DNA of 64,000 bases from Bacilli bacterium (GCA_017502465.1 JAFVUY010000050.1:12256-76255), one strand, 5' to 3'; shown: positions 19,480 to 30,269, counted from the stretch's first letter. Numbers and translations: made by a program. The notes: generated by a model from the sequence alone, not told the origin.

Positions 19480-20850
19480 ATGAAAAGAATAAATGTTACT
19501 AAATACGGCATAGTCCCTAATACGGATGAATTATTAACTAATAAGATTCAATCTTTGATTGACTCTCTTTCTGATGGAGGAGAAATATTTTTTCCTCGCG
19601 GTAAATATATCTTATCTACAATTGTTTTAAGAGATAACATCACGATTAATATTGCGAAAGGCGCGACTTTATTAGGTTCTTTAAATTTTGATGATTTCTT
19701 AGATTTAGACCCCGTGGATTACCCTTTATATCAAGATGTCTCACATAGCTATTTTAATTGTTCTATGTTTTTGGGGAAAAATTTGACTAATATCACCTTC
19801 AAAGGAAAAGGCAAAATTGACTTAAGAAGTGTTTGGGACGAAAAGAATAAAAACAATATGGCTCATAGAGGTGCGAAGGTTATTGCACTTAAAGAATGCA
19901 AAGATGTTCATATTCATGATATCTCTTTGTATAACGCTACAGATTTAGCAATTTATTTCGCATGGTGTGAGTATGTGTGGGTTAAAGGTGTAAAATTAAA
20001 AGTTCATATTGATGGCATATCTCCAGACAATTCTAAACATGTGGTAATTGAAGATTGTAATGTTTTCTCTGGGGATGATGGAATTGTTTTTAAATCTTCC
20101 TATAACTTAAATAAATTAGGAGTTTGCGAAGATATCAAAGTTAGAAATTGCTCTATTCAATCACGTTGCAACGCGATTAAATTTGGCACAGAATCTAACG
20201 GTGGATTTAAAGACATTTCCATTAAAGATATAAAGATAAAAAATACACGTATCAGCGGGATCGCTCTTGAATCAGTTGACGGGGCTTTTGTTGAAAATAT
20301 TTCTTTTGAAAATATCGTCATGAAAAATGTTAACGCACCTATATTCATTCACTTGGGAAATCGTTTAAGAGGTCCAAAAGGTAGCAAAATTGGTGGCATT
20401 TCCAAGATTAAAATCTCAAATTTGGTCGCAACCGGACCTTATGTTCCTTATAAAACAATTCCATGGAATTACCTTTCATATGTTGCAAAAGATTATGTTC
20501 AATATCCTTGGAGTAATGAATATAAACACACAAAAGAAGAACTTAAAGAAAAACGTAATAAGCATTGGCAACATACTTGTAATATTTGTGGTTATAACGG
20601 AAAAGTTATTTCAGATATTACTTTAGAAAATGTCTATTTAGAACTCTTAGGAGGGGTTAAGGAATATAGCAATGATGTTCCACACACTTACTGCTCCTAT
20701 CCAGAGGTATATGTTTATGGAAGCAAGCTTCCCGCAAAAGGTATTTATTTTAGAGACATTAATGGATTAACAATAAAGAATGTGAAGGTTAAGACAATTA
20801 AGGAAGACGCTAGACCTGATTTCACATTCGAAAATGTTAAAAGATACTGA
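19480..20850 (+). CDS. GH28 glycoside hydrolase (polygalacturonase-like, no signal peptide)
   Basis: DGISPD, GDDGIVFKS and AIKFGTES motifs with beta-helix periodicity. Confidence 0.88.
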   Translation: MKRINVTKYGIVPNTDELLTNKIQSLIDSLSDGGEIFFPRGKYILSTIVLRDNITINIAKGATLLGSLNFDDFLDLDPVDYPLYQDVSHSYFNCSMFLGKNLTNITFKGKGKIDLRSVWDEKNKNNMAHRGAKVIALKECKDVHIHDISLYNATDLAIYFAWCEYVWVKGVKLKVHIDGISPDNSKHVVIEDCNVFSGDDGIVFKSSYNLNKLGVCEDIKVRNCSIQSRCNAIKFGTESNGGFKDISIKDIKIKNTRISGIALESVDGAFVENISFENIVMKNVNAPIFIHLGNRLRGPKGSKIGGISKIKISNLVATGPYVPYKTIPWNYLSYVAKDYVQYPWSNEYKHTKEELKEKRNKHWQHTCNICGYNGKVISDITLENVYLELLGGVKEYSNDVPHTYCSYPEVYVYGSKLPAKGIYFRDINGLTIKNVKVKTIKEDARPDFTFENVKRY

Positions 20851-20857
20851 TTTATAT

Positions 20858-20886
20858 TTGAAACATTTGAAATGGTGTTTTATAGT
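20858..20886 (+). promoter_or_regulatory. Putative sigma-A promoter for the oxidoreductase-eda-kdgK-GH4 operon
   Basis: TTGAAA, 17-bp spacer, TATAGT, in the only sizeable gap of the gene run. Confidence 0.5.
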
Positions 20887-20938
20887 TTATAAGTAGAAAC
20901 AAATAAGTTTATACTTAAAACAATTAAAGAGGTGGATT

Positions 20939-22177
20939 ATGAGTAAAGTTTTAACAGTCGCTATTCTAGGTGCTGGGTCAAGAGGCGCTGACTCTTATGG
21001 AAAATTAATGAATGAAGACCCTAGATTTAAAATCGTTGCGTTATGCGATGTTAGAAAAGCGAAAATCGATAGATTCCAAGAGGTCTTCAATGTTCCTCAA
21101 GAAAATTGTTTTTTAGATGAAAACGATTTCTTTAAAACAAAATTAGCGGATGTTTGTGTTATCGCAACACAAGACAAAGACCATGTGAGACACTGTTTAA
21201 AAGCGTTAGAACTTGGCTATGATATCTTGCTAGAAAAACCAATTACCCCAGTTTTAGATGAATGTTATCAATTGATTGAAGCCCAAAAGAAGTATGGTGG
21301 AAAAGTTATTGTTTGCCATGTTTTAAGATACGCCCCTTTATATAAGAAATTAGATGAAATCATTGATAGTGGAAAGATTGGTAAATTAATCGATATTCAC
21401 GCGATTGAAAATGTCGGTTATTGGCATATGTCCCATTCCTTTGTTAGAGGAAATTGGAGAAGTTCTAAAAATTCTACCCCAATGATTATGGCGAAATGCT
21501 GTCACGACTTAGATTTAATTCAACACTTTGCAAAAAGTAGATATAAACACGTTTCCTCAATTGGAGGATTAACTTTCTTTAGAAAAGAAAATCAACCAGA
21601 TGGAGCCTCTGATAGATGCTCTACTTGTAAATATAAAGACACATGTCCATATTCAGCTTATAGACTTTATATCGAAAGATGGAAAATACAAGGACAACTA
21701 GAAAACTGCTGGCCACAAAATGTTATTACTAGCACGGTTCCATTAACAGAAGAAGCTCTTAAAAAAGCCATTGAAGAAACATATTACGGTCAATGCGTTT
21801 TTGCTTGTGATAATGACGTAGTTGACCATCAAGAAACAAATATTTTATTTGAAAACGGAGTTACTGCTAACTTGCTTATGACAGGCTTCACACACGAATG
21901 TGGAAGACGTTATACATTTCATGGTACATTTGGTGAAATCATCTTTGATGAAATCAATCAAAAATTAGAACTTTATGTCTATGGGGAAGAACCTGAAATC
22001 ATTCCATTTAGCGTTATCGCAGATGTCAATGGTGGCCATGGTGGTGGTGATGCAGGTCTTGTTCAAGATTTATATGATGTATGCGCACTTAATAAACCGG
22101 CGACAACTACATTAGAGGAGTCTTTAGAATCTCATATTATTGCCCTTAAAGCGGAAGAAGATAGACTCTCTCATTAA
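20939..22177 (+). CDS. Gfo/Idh/MocA oxidoreductase (YteT-like)
   Basis: GAGSRG, LEKP, HSFVRGNWR, KCCHDLD, GGHGGGD. Confidence 0.88.
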   Translation: MSKVLTVAILGAGSRGADSYGKLMNEDPRFKIVALCDVRKAKIDRFQEVFNVPQENCFLDENDFFKTKLADVCVIATQDKDHVRHCLKALELGYDILLEKPITPVLDECYQLIEAQKKYGGKVIVCHVLRYAPLYKKLDEIIDSGKIGKLIDIHAIENVGYWHMSHSFVRGNWRSSKNSTPMIMAKCCHDLDLIQHFAKSRYKHVSSIGGLTFFRKENQPDGASDRCSTCKYKDTCPYSAYRLYIERWKIQGQLENCWPQNVITSTVPLTEEALKKAIEETYYGQCVFACDNDVVDHQETNILFENGVTANLLMTGFTHECGRRYTFHGTFGEIIFDEINQKLELYVYGEEPEIIPFSVIADVNGGHGGGDAGLVQDLYDVCALNKPATTTLEESLESHIIALKAEEDRLSH

Positions 22178-22198
22178 TTTCGAAAGAAAACTTTAATT

Positions 22199-22795
22199 AT
22201 GATTCAAGAAATATTAGAAACAAAATTAGTTCCAGTTGTAGTTTTCAAAGAAATTGAAGATGTTGATGTAATTTTACCTGCCTTAAGTAAAGGTGGAGTC
22301 AACGTTGCAGAAATTTGTTTTAGAAATGAGGCTTCAATTAACGGTTTGAAACTTGCAATTCAAAAATACCCAGACATGGTTATTGGCGCAGGCACAATTA
22401 TTAACAAAGAACAAGCAGAACTTGCGATCAGTTATGGTGCGAAATTCATTGTTTCTCCTGGATTAAGTGAAAGTGTTAATGAAGTATGTGTTAAACATAA
22501 TATCCCATATATTCCAGGAGTGGTCACACCAACCGAGATTATTAAAGCTATTGATTTAGGTATCTATTATTTAAAATTCTTCCCTGCAGGCGTATTTGGA
22601 GGCCTTAAAGCCATTAAAGCTCTTTCAAGTGCTTTTCCTTCGGTTAAATTTATGCCTACTGGTGGAGTTGATAATTCAAACCTTGCCGAATTTATTAAAG
22701 AAAAATCAATTTTTGCGATTGGCGGTAGTTGGTTAGTCAAAGGCGACATCACCGCGAATTGTTTAGAGGCAAATAAAATTATTAAAGGAGAATAA
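22199..22795 (+). CDS. eda: KDPG/KHG aldolase
   Basis: GAGT, FIVSPG, PGVVTPTEI, KFFPA, MPTGGV. Confidence 0.95.
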   Translation: MIQEILETKLVPVVVFKEIEDVDVILPALSKGGVNVAEICFRNEASINGLKLAIQKYPDMVIGAGTIINKEQAELAISYGAKFIVSPGLSESVNEVCVKHNIPYIPGVVTPTEIIKAIDLGIYYLKFFPAGVFGGLKAIKALSSAFPSVKFMPTGGVDNSNLAEFIKEKSIFAIGGSWLVKGDITANCLEANKIIKGE

Positions 22796-23820
22796 TGATG
22801 GCGAAAGTAGTTACATTAGGTGAAATCATGTTACGTCTTTCCACTCCAGGACACGAAAGATTTGTTCAATCAAAATCATTCGATGTTTGTTATGGTGGAG
22901 GCGAGGCTAATGTTGCAGTTTCTCTTGCTCATTATGGACATGATGCATATTTTATCTCCAAATTACCAAATAACGATATTGGGGAATCGGCTTTAAAAGT
23001 TTTGCGCGCAGAAAAAGTTAATGTCGACTATGTTGCAAGAGGCGGAAATAGAGTTGGTATTTATTATTTAGAATCTGGCTCAGCATTACGGGCAAGTAAG
23101 GTAATTTACGACCGTGCGAATAGCGCCATAAGCGAAGCTTTATTAAGCGATTTCCAACTAGAAAAAGCTCTTAAAGGTGCAAGTGTATTTCATTTCTCTG
23201 GTATTACACCAGCCTTATCTGATAATTGTGCAAAACTCGTGCAAAAAGCCTGCAAAATAGCAAAAAAATTAGGAATTTTAGTCTCTTGTGATTTAAATTA
23301 TCGCAAGAAATTATGGAGCAAAGAAAAGGCAAGATCAGTCATGATTCCATTAATGAATTATGTTGATATCTGTATTGGCAATGAGGAAGATGCAGAATCA
23401 TGTTTAGGTTATAAACCAAATAGCGATGTCGTAGGCGGAAAAACTGACGCAAGTGGATATAAAGATATCTTTCTAAGAATGAAAAATGATTTTAATTTTA
23501 AAATCGTTGCATCCACATTAAGAGAATCTTTCTCAGCTTCGCATAATGGTTGGAAAGCTCTTATGTACGATGGAGAAAAATTCTATGAATCTAAACGTTA
23601 CGACATCAATCCTATCGTCGATAGAGTTGGTGCGGGTGATAGCTTCTCTGGTGGTTTGATTCACGGCTTATTAACTTATGAAGATAAACAAATCGCATTA
23701 GAATTTGCAGTTGCCGCTAGTGCGTTAAAACATACCATCCCGGGCGACTTTAATCACGTTAGCGTTGACGAAGTTGTTAACTTAATGAATGGAGATGGAT
23801 CAGGAAGGGTAGTGAGATAA
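22795..23820 (+). CDS. kdgK: 2-keto-3-deoxygluconate kinase (PfkB family)
   Basis: GEIMLRL, GGGEANVA, DLNYRKKLW, DRVGAGDSF. Confidence 0.93.
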   Translation: MMAKVVTLGEIMLRLSTPGHERFVQSKSFDVCYGGGEANVAVSLAHYGHDAYFISKLPNNDIGESALKVLRAEKVNVDYVARGGNRVGIYYLESGSALRASKVIYDRANSAISEALLSDFQLEKALKGASVFHFSGITPALSDNCAKLVQKACKIAKKLGILVSCDLNYRKKLWSKEKARSVMIPLMNYVDICIGNEEDAESCLGYKPNSDVVGGKTDASGYKDIFLRMKNDFNFKIVASTLRESFSASHNGWKALMYDGEKFYESKRYDINPIVDRVGAGDSFSGGLIHGLLTYEDKQIALEFAVAASALKHTIPGDFNHVSVDEVVNLMNGDGSGRVVR

Positions 23821-23821
23821 T

Positions 23822-25213
23822 ATGAAAGACATTAAAAATTTAAAAATTGCTTATATTGGTGGAGGCTCAAGAGGTTGGGCAAGAAATCTTATTAACGACC
23901 TGGCAAAAGAACCTCTTTTAGCAGGCGAAGTTGCTTTGTATGATATCGACTTAGAAGGTGCGAGAATGAATGAAAAAATCGGAAACGATTTAAGCGCGAG
24001 AGAAGATATTGTTGGTAAATGGAATTATAAAGTTTATGAAAAAATCGATGATGCTTTAACGGGCGCTGACTTTGTTGTTATATCTATTTTACCTGGCACT
24101 TTTGATGAAATGGAAAGTGATGTCCACACACCTGAAAAATATGGTATTTATCAACCAGTTGGTGATTCAACAGGTCCTGGTGGTATCGTTAGAGCCCTAA
24201 GATGTCTTCCAATGTTTGAAGAATTCGCGATTGCGATTAAAAACAATTGTCCAAACGCTTGGGTTATTAACTTCACAAACCCGATGACAATGTGTGTCAG
24301 AACACTTTATAAAGTGTTCCCTGAAATTAAAGCCTTTGGTTGCTGCCACGAGGTTTTTGGCACTCAAAAACTTTTAGCAAAAGTCCTTAAAGATACATAT
24401 GATTTGGATGTACCAAGAGAAGATATTATTGTTAATATCGTTGGGGTTAACCACTTCACATTCTTAACTGAAGCAAAATACAAAGGCATGGATTTGTTCC
24501 CAATTTATAAAAAATATGTTGATGAACATCCAGAAGGTATTGGAGAACCAATTGATCCTGACCACTGGGCTAACGCTCCATTTATGTGCACACACAAAGT
24601 TAAATTTGATTTATTCAAAAGATATGGAGCAATTGCTGCAGCAGGTGATCGTCACCTTGTCGAATTCTGCCCAGGCAAATGGTATTTAAAAGATATCGAT
24701 ACAATTAGGAGTTTTGGTTTCACCTTAACAAGTGTTCAATGGAGAAAAAATGATTTAGTCAATCGTAAAAAAGTCACTTTAGATAACTATAATGGTAAAC
24801 CTTTTGAATTACGCGAAACAGGTGAAGAAACAGTCCTTCAAATCAAGGCCTTGCTTGGTTTAGGAAACATTGTCACAAATGTCAATATTCCAAATAAAGG
24901 ACAAATTGAAAATTTACCAATCGATGCGGTTGTTGAAACAAATGCTTTCTTCTCAGGCGATTCTTTAAAACCAGTTCACGCAGGAAAAGTTGAACCAGCT
25001 TTAAATGCTTTATTTGAAAGAATTGTTGAAGAACAAGAAACCGTTTGTGATGCTGCACTTACTGGCGATTATGAAAAAGCTTTTGTTGCATTTGTTAATA
25101 ATCCAAACGTTTGTTTAGGTTTTGAAGATGCGAGAAACTTATTCAACGAAATGTTAGAAAATACAAAAAAATATCTACCACATTATGATAGATATTTAAA
25201 GCAACTTAATTAA
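23822..25213 (+). CDS. GH4 NAD-dependent glycosidase, alpha-galacturonidase (LplD-like)
   Basis: IGGGS.GW, GDSTGPGG, NFTNPM and the CHEV motif associated with alpha-galacturonidases. Confidence 0.85.
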   Translation: MKDIKNLKIAYIGGGSRGWARNLINDLAKEPLLAGEVALYDIDLEGARMNEKIGNDLSAREDIVGKWNYKVYEKIDDALTGADFVVISILPGTFDEMESDVHTPEKYGIYQPVGDSTGPGGIVRALRCLPMFEEFAIAIKNNCPNAWVINFTNPMTMCVRTLYKVFPEIKAFGCCHEVFGTQKLLAKVLKDTYDLDVPREDIIVNIVGVNHFTFLTEAKYKGMDLFPIYKKYVDEHPEGIGEPIDPDHWANAPFMCTHKVKFDLFKRYGAIAAAGDRHLVEFCPGKWYLKDIDTIRSFGFTLTSVQWRKNDLVNRKKVTLDNYNGKPFELRETGEETVLQIKALLGLGNIVTNVNIPNKGQIENLPIDAVVETNAFFSGDSLKPVHAGKVEPALNALFERIVEEQETVCDAALTGDYEKAFVAFVNNPNVCLGFEDARNLFNEMLENTKKYLPHYDRYLKQLN

Positions 25214-25231
25214 TTTTAATTAAAATATTGG

Positions 25232-26662
25232 TTATTTGCAGTGTTCTTTAATAAATTTAATAACACCAGATGACCAACCATGACATAAGGAATGTCTATA
25301 ACCGACATAACAATGTTTACCGAAATCCCCGTGAAGATCTAATAATCCTTCCGGGGTTTTTTCATCGATTCTTCCGGAATTATTAAGCCATTCAATGTCG
25401 AAATCTTCAAAGAAAGTGGTTGCACCTCTTGATAGCATTGCTCCATAATAATCCTTCATTAATTTAATCGCGAGTTGTTCATCACGAGAGGCGATGGCGT
25501 TAAGAATATAATAACTCATAAATGTTGAGAAGCCTTTTGCTCCACCTCTAATAAGTGTTTCATATTCTTCATCAGACATTTTTCCTGTGGCCGCATATTT
25601 TAAACCGATAATTTGTTTCATTTCTTTAACACTTAAGTCGTTAAGATATGCTTTATTTCTAACATTGATTAAGTGAGTTTTATCTAAATCAAAATCATCA
25701 AAAATATTTTCAACAGAATTTAACGAGAGAATAACAATCACAAGATTACCAACATTTTCATCAACAGAACCAACGCTTGGCCAGTCAACGATAGAGCGAA
25801 CGTTTGTTGGAATTTCACCTCTGTCATTGATATCTTTATCAAGTTGAGCTATTAAACCTTGCATATAATCAAGGTGTTTCTTAACATAATCGCTACATTT
25901 AAGATCATTATAATAAATTCCTAAAATAATTAGCCACCACAAGGAATAGGAGAACATGTTATTCATATAACCTGGTAATGGATACATTTTTACCGCGCGT
26001 TCTAAAGAAGTCTCGATGGTTTTAACTCTTCCATACATTGATGTTAAGGCCATGACTTCTGGAGCTAAATCACCAATCCAAAGGAGTCTATCTCTTTTAA
26101 TTCCATCCCAAATAACTTCTCCACTTGAACAAAGATCAACTGTTCTTTTCGCTGTGTTAAAGATTTGTTTGATAAGTTTATCTTCGCCTTCATATTTATA
26201 AATTAAAGGCTTTGATAAAATGTGATTTTCACAGAAAATATTTTTAATAAAAATATATTTATCTTCTAAAACATCAATTCTTACAAATCTAAAGCCTGTT
26301 GCCCCAATGATAATGTCACCATATGCAGGAATAACATATTCAAAATCTCTTGGGGAGCAATCGTTTGTGGCATTTTTTTCTCCGATTGATGAATTAACTT
26401 CCCCATAGGATTCACCAAATCTAATTCTTACCTTACAAGAACCTAATTGAACCCAGTCGGTGATGAATTTAATTCCTCCGTGCATTTCTTTACCAAAATC
26501 TATTAAAAGATGCGCGCCTTTTCCTTCGATTTTCGCGCAGAATTTAATCTTATCGTCACCAGGAATAATACATGCGTATTTATCTTTGTCGATAAAAAGA
26601 GATTCAATGTTTTCAATTGACTCAAAAGAAAGAATTTTTCTAGGAAGAATATATTGTTTCAT
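25232..26662 (-). CDS. Compact GH78 alpha-L-rhamnosidase
   Basis: LIDFGKEMHGG, GFRFVRI, WDGIKRDRLLWIGD, GATTFFE, SLCHGWS. Confidence 0.88.
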   Translation of the reverse strand: MKQYILPRKILSFESIENIESLFIDKDKYACIIPGDDKIKFCAKIEGKGAHLLIDFGKEMHGGIKFITDWVQLGSCKVRIRFGESYGEVNSSIGEKNATNDCSPRDFEYVIPAYGDIIIGATGFRFVRIDVLEDKYIFIKNIFCENHILSKPLIYKYEGEDKLIKQIFNTAKRTVDLCSSGEVIWDGIKRDRLLWIGDLAPEVMALTSMYGRVKTIETSLERAVKMYPLPGYMNNMFSYSLWWLIILGIYYNDLKCSDYVKKHLDYMQGLIAQLDKDINDRGEIPTNVRSIVDWPSVGSVDENVGNLVIVILSLNSVENIFDDFDLDKTHLINVRNKAYLNDLSVKEMKQIIGLKYAATGKMSDEEYETLIRGGAKGFSTFMSYYILNAIASRDEQLAIKLMKDYYGAMLSRGATTFFEDFDIEWLNNSGRIDEKTPEGLLDLHGDFGKHCYVGYRHSLCHGWSSGVIKFIKEHCK

Positions 26663-26819
26663 AAAACGCCTCTAAATTAATTAACATTTATAGTATAAAA
26701 GTAAAAACACATTTTTGCAAAATAGTGTTTAAACTGTGCAGAATTATTTATTTTTTTATGCTTGTATATATTGTTTTGTTGAGAGGCTTTGTTTCAAATA
26801 ATATACTGATAATGTCATT

Positions 26820-29039
26820 ATGAATAAAAAAGAAAGATACGAAAGATATAAATATTTAACTGGCCTTTCAGCGTGGGAAATCGCAAGTTATAAAGATAAA
26901 GATAATGTTGTTATATTAAACGATGGACCTAGCGGTTTAAGAAAGCCTATTTGTAACGAACATACAAAACAAAACGAGATTATTCAAACAGTTTGCTTTC
27001 CTACTCCAAGTGCGTTAGCAGCTTCTTTTGACGAAGAAATTGTTTATTATTCTTCAAAAAATATCGCTTTAGAATGTAAAAGATATGGCACGAATATCTT
27101 GTTAGCGCCTGGAGTTAATATTAAAAAATATGTTTTATGTGGAAGAAATTTTGAATATTTTTCTGAGGATCCTTTTTTAGCAGGCCTACTAGCGGCTTCT
27201 TATGTTAATGGTCTTGAAGAAAATGGAGTTGGGGCTTGTTTAAAACATTTTGCGGTTAATTCACAAGAATGGGCAAGAACTATTTCATCTGCTGATGTCT
27301 CCCTAAGAGCGTTGAATGAAATTTATCTTAGAGTGTTTAAGTATGCATTAAAATATTCAAACCCTACTGCAATTATGACCTCATATAATCGCATCAATGG
27401 GGTGTATGTTAATGAATCTGATTATTTAATTAATAAAAAGTTAAGAGGCGAATACAACTTTAAAGGTTTAATTATGTCCGATTGGTGTGCGATTAGCGAT
27501 AAAGGTAAAACCATATCGACTGGAGTAAATATTGAAATGCCTAAATCTTTATTAACAAATGAAGAAATTGATGCTCAATATGGAACCTGTTTTAATGATG
27601 AAGATTTAATTAAAAGAGATGAAGAAACATATAATTCTTTGTTACGTTTTAAAAATAAAGAAAGATTAAAAGAATTAGATTTAGATGTTCTTTATTCTAA
27701 CGCGGTTGAAATCGCAAATAAAACTTTAGTTTTAGCGAAAAATGATAATCATTATTTTCCGTTAAATAAAGACGAGAAAGTGCTTGTACTTGGTTATTTC
27801 GCAAATCACTCTAGGTTTGTTGGTAACGGAAGTGGTTTTGTAAAAGCGTATCGCAAAGAAACATTTATAGATGTTTTAGATAAACAAAACATTTCTTATG
27901 AATTTATCGAATGTTTTGATGGAGATAATGTCTCTATAAACGCTGATAAACTTATAGAATGCAAAAATAGATTTGATAAGGTTATTTTATTTCTTGGACA
28001 ATACCAAGAAGATGAATCCGAAGGCGAAGATAGAAAAACAATTCAATTAAGAAAATCTCAAATCGATACTTTAAAAATGGTTAAAGAAGTCTTTGGCGAT
28101 TTTGGCGTAGTCCTTATTAGCGGAAGTGTAGTCGATGTAAGTGAAATTTATAAACTTTCTAATTCACTTCTTATCACCTATTTAGCAGGAGAAGGACAAG
28201 CTGAAGCAATATTTAATAATCTCTATGGAATTAATAACCCATCAGGTAGATTACCAGAAACCTGGATTAGCGATATTTATCAAAATGAACACAATCATCA
28301 ATATGATTCTAAAGATTATTTTTACACTCTTTACACAGACGATGTTTTTGTTGGATATCGTTATTATGATTTAGGGGTAGAAGGTTTTTATTTACCTTTT
28401 GGATATGGGATAAGTTATTCAACGTTCTCTTACTCCAATTTCTCATTAGAAAAGGAAGAAAACCTCTTAAAAGTTCGCTTAAATATTAAAAATGAATCAG
28501 AAATTGATGGAGAAGATGTTATTCAAATTTATGTTGCTAAAGAAACATCTAACATCTATCGTCCAAAGAAAGAATTGAAAGGATTTAAGAAAATTTTTGT
28601 TCCTAAAAAAACAGAAAAAGAAGTTGTTGTTTCATTAGATATTGATGATTTAACTTCTTATAGAGATAAGACTGATTCTTTTGAATTAGAAGACGGAATT
28701 TATCAAGTTTATATCATGAAAAACGCGAAGGAAATTATTCACAAACTTGAAATTAAATTAGATGGAATTATCTTTGAAGAAATTAAAAGCCCAAAGGCAC
28801 TTATTCCAAGCGTTGGAAGCGAAACGATTACTTTAGATCATCCACTTGTTTTGCTATATAAAAATCCAATATTTGAAAAATACATCTATGAACACCACAA
28901 AGAGATAGATTTAAAACCTTTTTATGATTTATTTCCTCACGCAGGGCAACTCGCAATAAGAAAAATTGTGAGCGATGAGTTTTTAAAAATCTCCTTCACT
29001 GAACTAAAGGAGATTGTCGATTTAATTAATAAAAGTTAA
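26820..29039 (+). CDS. GH3 beta-glucosidase-like enzyme with FnIII domain
   Basis: DGPSGLR, GRNFEYFSEDP, KHFAVN, MSDW, PFGYGISYS. Confidence 0.93.
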   Translation: MNKKERYERYKYLTGLSAWEIASYKDKDNVVILNDGPSGLRKPICNEHTKQNEIIQTVCFPTPSALAASFDEEIVYYSSKNIALECKRYGTNILLAPGVNIKKYVLCGRNFEYFSEDPFLAGLLAASYVNGLEENGVGACLKHFAVNSQEWARTISSADVSLRALNEIYLRVFKYALKYSNPTAIMTSYNRINGVYVNESDYLINKKLRGEYNFKGLIMSDWCAISDKGKTISTGVNIEMPKSLLTNEEIDAQYGTCFNDEDLIKRDEETYNSLLRFKNKERLKELDLDVLYSNAVEIANKTLVLAKNDNHYFPLNKDEKVLVLGYFANHSRFVGNGSGFVKAYRKETFIDVLDKQNISYEFIECFDGDNVSINADKLIECKNRFDKVILFLGQYQEDESEGEDRKTIQLRKSQIDTLKMVKEVFGDFGVVLISGSVVDVSEIYKLSNSLLITYLAGEGQAEAIFNNLYGINNPSGRLPETWISDIYQNEHNHQYDSKDYFYTLYTDDVFVGYRYYDLGVEGFYLPFGYGISYSTFSYSNFSLEKEENLLKVRLNIKNESEIDGEDVIQIYVAKETSNIYRPKKELKGFKKIFVPKKTEKEVVVSLDIDDLTSYRDKTDSFELEDGIYQVYIMKNAKEIIHKLEIKLDGIIFEEIKSPKALIPSVGSETITLDHPLVLLYKNPIFEKYIYEHHKEIDLKPFYDLFPHAGQLAIRKIVSDEFLKISFTELKEIVDLINKS

Positions 29040-29735
29040 TTATTGTTGTTGTCCATCTGGATTAGTAGCAGGTGGATTATTTGGGGTTTGGATAGTAGGA
29101 TTTGTATTAAAACCATGAGCTTGGGTATAACCTTCCAAGCTTTTTTCAAATATTGTAGAACATAATTTAAAAAGTCTAATTCTTCTTGAAATATAAGATT
29201 GGACTGCAACTAAATACCAAATCGCACCTACTAAAAATAGAGGCACAAAAATGTAAGAGCCAATCGCGTCTACTTCAAAATGAGGAGTATTTAATAAAGG
29301 TGGCCATTCTGAAAGAACAGTCATACCGAAAACCTTAACATAAATTGCATTATCAAAATCCCAAAGGAACAATAACGTCGAAAAGCCCGTTTTCTTGTGG
29401 TCGAAAATATTATAGCTAAAATCTTTCCTTACCATGCACGTAATTAATAGACTTAAAAAAGCCGCCATAATGAGGATAAGTGGAATATAAGACTGTTTAA
29501 AGAAAAGCGCCCAGCTTTTTTTCTTACCGTATTTTTTAAGTTGTTTTTTGTTGGTAATTACTTTAGTAACTACGACATCATGAACAAGGGTGTCCATTCG
29601 TTTACCTTGCCATCTCATTACTCTTTGAACGAGCATTCCGATAACACCGATAAGAACAAACACTAAAATAAGAACAAGTAAAAGAGCTATGATCAATCTT
29701 TTATCGTTTTCGCTTAACTTAATTAAAGTAATCAT
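29040..29735 (-). CDS. Hypothetical membrane protein
   Basis: 231-aa ORF with about three hydrophobic segments. Confidence 0.7.
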   Translation of the reverse strand: MITLIKLSENDKRLIIALLLVLILVFVLIGVIGMLVQRVMRWQGKRMDTLVHDVVVTKVITNKKQLKKYGKKKSWALFFKQSYIPLILIMAAFLSLLITCMVRKDFSYNIFDHKKTGFSTLLFLWDFDNAIYVKVFGMTVLSEWPPLLNTPHFEVDAIGSYIFVPLFLVGAIWYLVAVQSYISRRIRLFKLCSTIFEKSLEGYTQAHGFNTNPTIQTPNNPPATNPDGQQQ

Positions 29736-29744
29736 ATTGCCCTC

Positions 29745-30269
29745 CTATTCGTCGTCCTTAATAATTCTTCTTGAACCCAAATCAAAGTGGTCGAGATCTA
29801 AATCTTCGCTTTCTTCTTTGATTTCAATTCCATCTGGTTCATCTAAAAATGGGTCTTCATATTGTTCTTCTTCGACTTGTTCTTGAACAATTTCTTGTGG
29901 TGTTTCTAATTCAGGGATATCTTCTTTTAAATCAATTTCATCAACCTCTTGCTCCTCTACAGTTGGGTAAGAAGTTGTTGGATCTTGAAAATAAGTTTGA
30001 GTAAAAGCAGAAGGAAGAACGTTTTCTTCTGGTTCGATTACATCAACTTCATCTTTAGGGGTTGGATTTAAGATTTCTCTTGCTTTGATATCTTCTGGGA
30101 GTTCAGAGAAAATTGTTTTTCCTTTGAAAAATAAAACCACAGATTTAATCATAAGAAAAAGGAATGTCACTAATCCTATAGCAGCGTAGAAAACTAACAC
30201 CACTAAGACAACTGGGAGAGTTAATATATATAAGACACCTTTTCCGAAACTTTTAAAAAATGAACCCAT
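29745..30269 (-). CDS. Hypothetical protein with N-terminal membrane anchor and acidic tail
   Basis: Hydrophobic N-terminus and D/E/P-rich C-terminus. Confidence 0.7.
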   Translation of the reverse strand: MGSFFKSFGKGVLYILTLPVVLVVLVFYAAIGLVTFLFLMIKSVVLFFKGKTIFSELPEDIKAREILNPTPKDEVDVIEPEENVLPSAFTQTYFQDPTTSYPTVEEQEVDEIDLKEDIPELETPQEIVQEQVEEEQYEDPFLDEPDGIEIKEESEDLDLDHFDLGSRRIIKDDE

